Below, in pieces: positions 60,531 to 64,000 of a stretch of 64,000 nucleotides of DNA. The notes beneath the pieces were generated by a model that worked only from the letters and a program-made list of their open reading frames with translations, searched no databases and had not been told where the DNA came from. The stretch is from the NCBI GenBank assembly GCA_010093815.1, contig ML996569.1, one strand, 5' to 3'. Source of the DNA: Pseudovirgaria hyperparasitica (Eukaryota). Every line of letters begins with the position of its first letter. The first letter of the stretch is position 1. A program made the translations under genes and the position numbers.

Positions 60531-63500
60531 TTACGATAAGCCAAGCGCTGCGTCGGAAACCCAATGAGTACCACCTGCACATCTGTACCCATCTGCCAGC
60601 TTGATCCATCGGAAACCTGCGACACATACCCCCATTTGCTTCAGCTTCCGTTGCGCCTGAGCTTCTTTCTGTCTCTGCTCCTCAATCTTTCTTCGTTCCT
60701 GCTCTTTCCTTCGCAGTTGCTCTTCCATTTCTTGCATCTTTTTAACACGCTGTATCCGCTCAAGTTCGAATCTACGACGTTCAGCATCGTCTTCATGCGA
60801 TATAGCGGCATTCTCAGCATGCTGCCGTCGCTGATTATTTTCTGTTTCTTGCTTCTTCAGACATTCAACTTGCGCGTGCAACGTCTCGAACTCTGTAATC
60901 AGCTCGTGAAAAGACGCATTCTGTACCTCAGCAGCTTTGATCGCCCGTTGCAGCTCAGCCCACACAATATCCGAGACACCACTGTCCCGATTTGTTGAGG
61001 ACTCATCTGTTTGATTCTCTGGAGTAGGAGGAGGCGGTTCTTGATGCGTCACTTCAGTCGAAGCCAGAGGAGCTGTAGAGAATATTGGAGGCCTAGGAGG
61101 CTCTAATGGCCGTTGAGGCTCAATTGGTGGCAAATCCCCTGGACTGGGACATTGACCTTCTCGTACAGCAGAAGGAAGACAAGAGCGTTCCGCAAGCATC
61201 CTTTTAACAGCATTGAGAATCATGTCTTCGGTTAGGACGAGAGAAGTTTGGCCCTGTATGTCCTTTGTGTTGATGGCGTCCCGGTAGACGTTCTTTGCTA
61301 AGGTCTCGACATCCCGCGCGTTTGCCCATCCATCCGTGTTTGTAAGATCACCAATCCGCGCCTTCAGCTGGGTCTCAAATTTCTTATCCGGTAGCTCTAG
61401 GACTCGAACATCGACGTGTTTCTTCCTCTTTAGCCTGGCAGAAAGAAGGTTGACGCAGTCCTCGACTTCCAGACCTTTGAAATGAACGGTCTCGGGAAAG
61501 CGGCTCAAGAGCCCCGGGTTAGATTGCATTAATTTCTTGATGTGTGTATCATAACCTGCTAGGATTACAATCAACTTCTGCGCAAAAGCTGGTTTTGTTA
61601 GCAAGTCAACGATTTCGTCCATGGCCTCAGTAGCGAATGATCCCTCGCCAAGGCGATATGCTTCGTCGATAAAGAGAATTTTGCCTAGGGCTTTCTCAAA
61701 TAACGTCCTTGTCTTTGGCCCCGTTTCTCCGACATACCGACCAACAAGATCAGTGGCGGAGACTTCCAAAACCTCAGCTGTGGCTAAGAAACCCATATCG
61801 TAGTAGATCTTGCCCATCTTCCTAGCTGTAGAAGTTTTTCCGGTCCCTAGTAAGAATTTAGTTGTTGCTATACAATGATAATAAAGCTGATGTCATACCA
61901 GGAGGTCCACAGAAGCGAAAATTGAATGGTAAACTTTCGCGTGGGTCTTCACCTAGCGAGTTGAGGTTTGCAGTAATACGCTGATACCCTTCAAACTTTG
62001 CAATGAGATCTTCGCACCCAACTACATCTTGAAACAACATGCGCACATTGGTAGTAACAGAGCCTCCACGTTTGTAGTCTGGGTCAAAATCGGTGGGTTC
62101 CAAGATGTACTGCGTTGTTTTGTCCTTGATCTGGTTTCTCCGACGTCGTTGTTGGTGACGACCCATTGCAGTATTTAACAAAATGTCGACTGCTCCACCA
62201 TTACCGAAGTTGGGACGGTTTCGTGCTAGTTTCAAAACCCCCATGGCAGTCTCTTTCCCAAGTGCACTAGTACTGAAACTCGAGGCATTGAGCTTCAACT
62301 CGAAAATCTGTTCCAATTCCGCGTCAGAAAAGTCTTCGAACACGAAGGCCTCGTCCATGGGAAAGCGGCGACTGAGCCCCGGATTTACGCTCTGGAGCAT
62401 AGTCTCCATTTCCTCTTTGTATCCTAGAAGTAGCACAGAACGATCCTCTCCTGGAACGCTCTGTACTTCCGCCACTATGGTATCAATAACAGCACTTTTG
62501 TAGATATCGGAACCTCCTCCGCTGCCGCTGTTGCTGCCACCACTAGAAAGACCATAAGCCTCGTCAATGACTAGGACTTTCCCCTGAGTCGCTGCCAGAA
62601 TGGCCTTAGTATTCCTTTCTGATGCTCCAAGTACATCACCAACAAAATCTGATGGATTTTTGATGACGACTAAACCCATTAGCGTTATACTATATGGCAC
62701 TTGTATATTATTGCTTACCATCGCTACTTGAGAGCATGCCAATGTCAGCCAAGACTTGACCGTACAGTTTCGCGGCAGTTGTTTTTCCTGTACCTGGCGA
62801 ACCTATCAAGATACGATTGAGATTGAATTTGATAAGAGGCTTTTCGGCCAACTCCCTCTCATAGTTGGATTGAATGCTCTCCATCAGTGCACTGATAGTT
62901 TCTTTGACTGATTGCAATCCGATCATTGCTTTGAGCTTCTTCCATGCTTGGCAATCTTCTAACTTTTCCCCGGGGTTAGGTCCTAGCAGGTCTTCATTTG
63001 ATAAAAAATTGTCATCAGGTTGGGTTCCACCACGCCTCTCTAATTTCAGTCGTTCAGCCTGACGGCCAAGAGCCTTCGAAAGGGCGTTTTCGACGGCGCG
63101 AGCATTGCCAAAGCCTTCTTTGCCTCGTAGGTACCCGATACGTCGTGCAAATATGCGAGCGAACAGGCCGTCCAAGCCATCTTGAACCTTCATTCGTCCA
63201 TTGTACCGCTTTTGTATCTGATAGACGAAGATCTGTCGAAGCTCCTCATCACTATAGTCCCCAAAGGCGAAAGAGTAGGGGAATCTGCTTGGAAGACCCT
63301 CGTTGTGAGCAAAGAACTTTTCCATTGGTTTGTTGTATCCAGCTAAGATGAAGACGATTTTACCAGTGAGATTTTCAATCTCAGCTAAGAGGAAGTCCAG
63401 CACGCTGGTACCGCCGATACCGGATCCCGAAGTCAGTTGATAAGCTTCGTCAATGAAGACAGCTCCACCACCTTCGTTGAGAACATCTTCGATAAGCTTT

Positions 63501-64000
63501 TGACATCCAGATACTCCGCTATTGGCAAGTCTGGCGCCTGTCGTCTCCTTGATGGTTGTACCCGGCAGAACGCCTACGCTCCCAAGAAACCGAGCGTACA
63601 GTCTTGCAAGCGTCGTCTTTCCTATGTTCATGACAACTGTCAGTATGCTCCACACGGAATGGGGTGTTAGTTCCGGGACTACATACCTGTCCCGGGATTC
63701 CCAAGTAGCGACACACCGAAACGCTCGCTCCTTAAGTCAGTTCCTTGTCTTATACAGGTGTCAATTTTGGTTTTGATAGTAAGCACCTGATTTTTGACGC
63801 TCTCTAGCCCACTCATCCCCATCAAGTCATCGAGATCTTTGCTGTCTGCATTTTCATGCTTCTTCTGGTACTCCCACTCTTCGCGTGCTTTAGAGTGAGG
63901 CTTAGTGCTATGTTTGTCTGAAGTGCTCGCAATCACCTGGTCGTCCATAGTCCCAGCGTTATTACTAGTAGATGACTGGGCCTGCGTGTCCTGGACCCTG
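60531..64000 (-). CDS. Large ATPase with three tandem CbbX/SpoVK-type AAA+ modules (5' part outside the window)
   Basis: Walker A motifs GNPGT/GKT, GSPGTGKT and GPPG/TGKT; Walker B IDEAY three times; GLPSRF, GLSRRF and GLLSRF; FGNARAVE-type sensor motifs; coiled coil; terminal MGVCVAGFRW...YRCAGGTHW. Introns near 63623-63687, 62671-62718 and 61847-61898. Confidence 0.88.

Noticed and set aside
1..64000. CRISPR arrays, rRNA genes, PKS/NRPS backbone genes, Starship captain recombinase
   Set aside because: None seen: no regularly spaced repeats, rRNA-like sequence, KS or A domains, or tyrosine-recombinase ORF in this window.

Overview
Eukaryotic DNA from a filamentous ascomycete (Pezizomycotina; Dothideomycetes is only a guess). 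Genes have short GT-AG introns with CTRAC/CTAAY branch points, so the ORF track splits most of them. About 24 protein-coding genes can be reconstructed. From 1 to 49.6 kb the window is gene-dense: PL4 rhamnogalacturonan lyase (partial), fructosamine kinase, an alpha/beta-hydrolase-NACHT-WD40 NLR, a GH49 dextranase-like enzyme with a GPI-like tail, a methyltransferase, COQ2, a JmjC/zinc-finger protein, a GPI-anchored Cys-rich protein, a kynureninase-IDO-Zn2Cys6 tryptophan-catabolism cluster, a PemK/MazF-like hypothetical protein, a thiolase-like/NmrA/aldo-keto reductase/EthD/C2H2-TF group, an APC permease and a Pth11-like membrane protein. From about 50 to 60 kb it is gene-poor and partly TpA-rich (RIP-like). 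That part holds an orphan Ste50-type RA-domain ORF, a beta-trefoil lectin-like gene, a ~520 bp TIR element inserted at a stop codon and an intronless 475-aa orphan with a toxin-like hydrophobic hairpin. The window ends inside a triple-AAA (CbbX/SpoVK-type) ATPase gene. All family calls come from recalled motifs, not database searches; splice models were read by eye.
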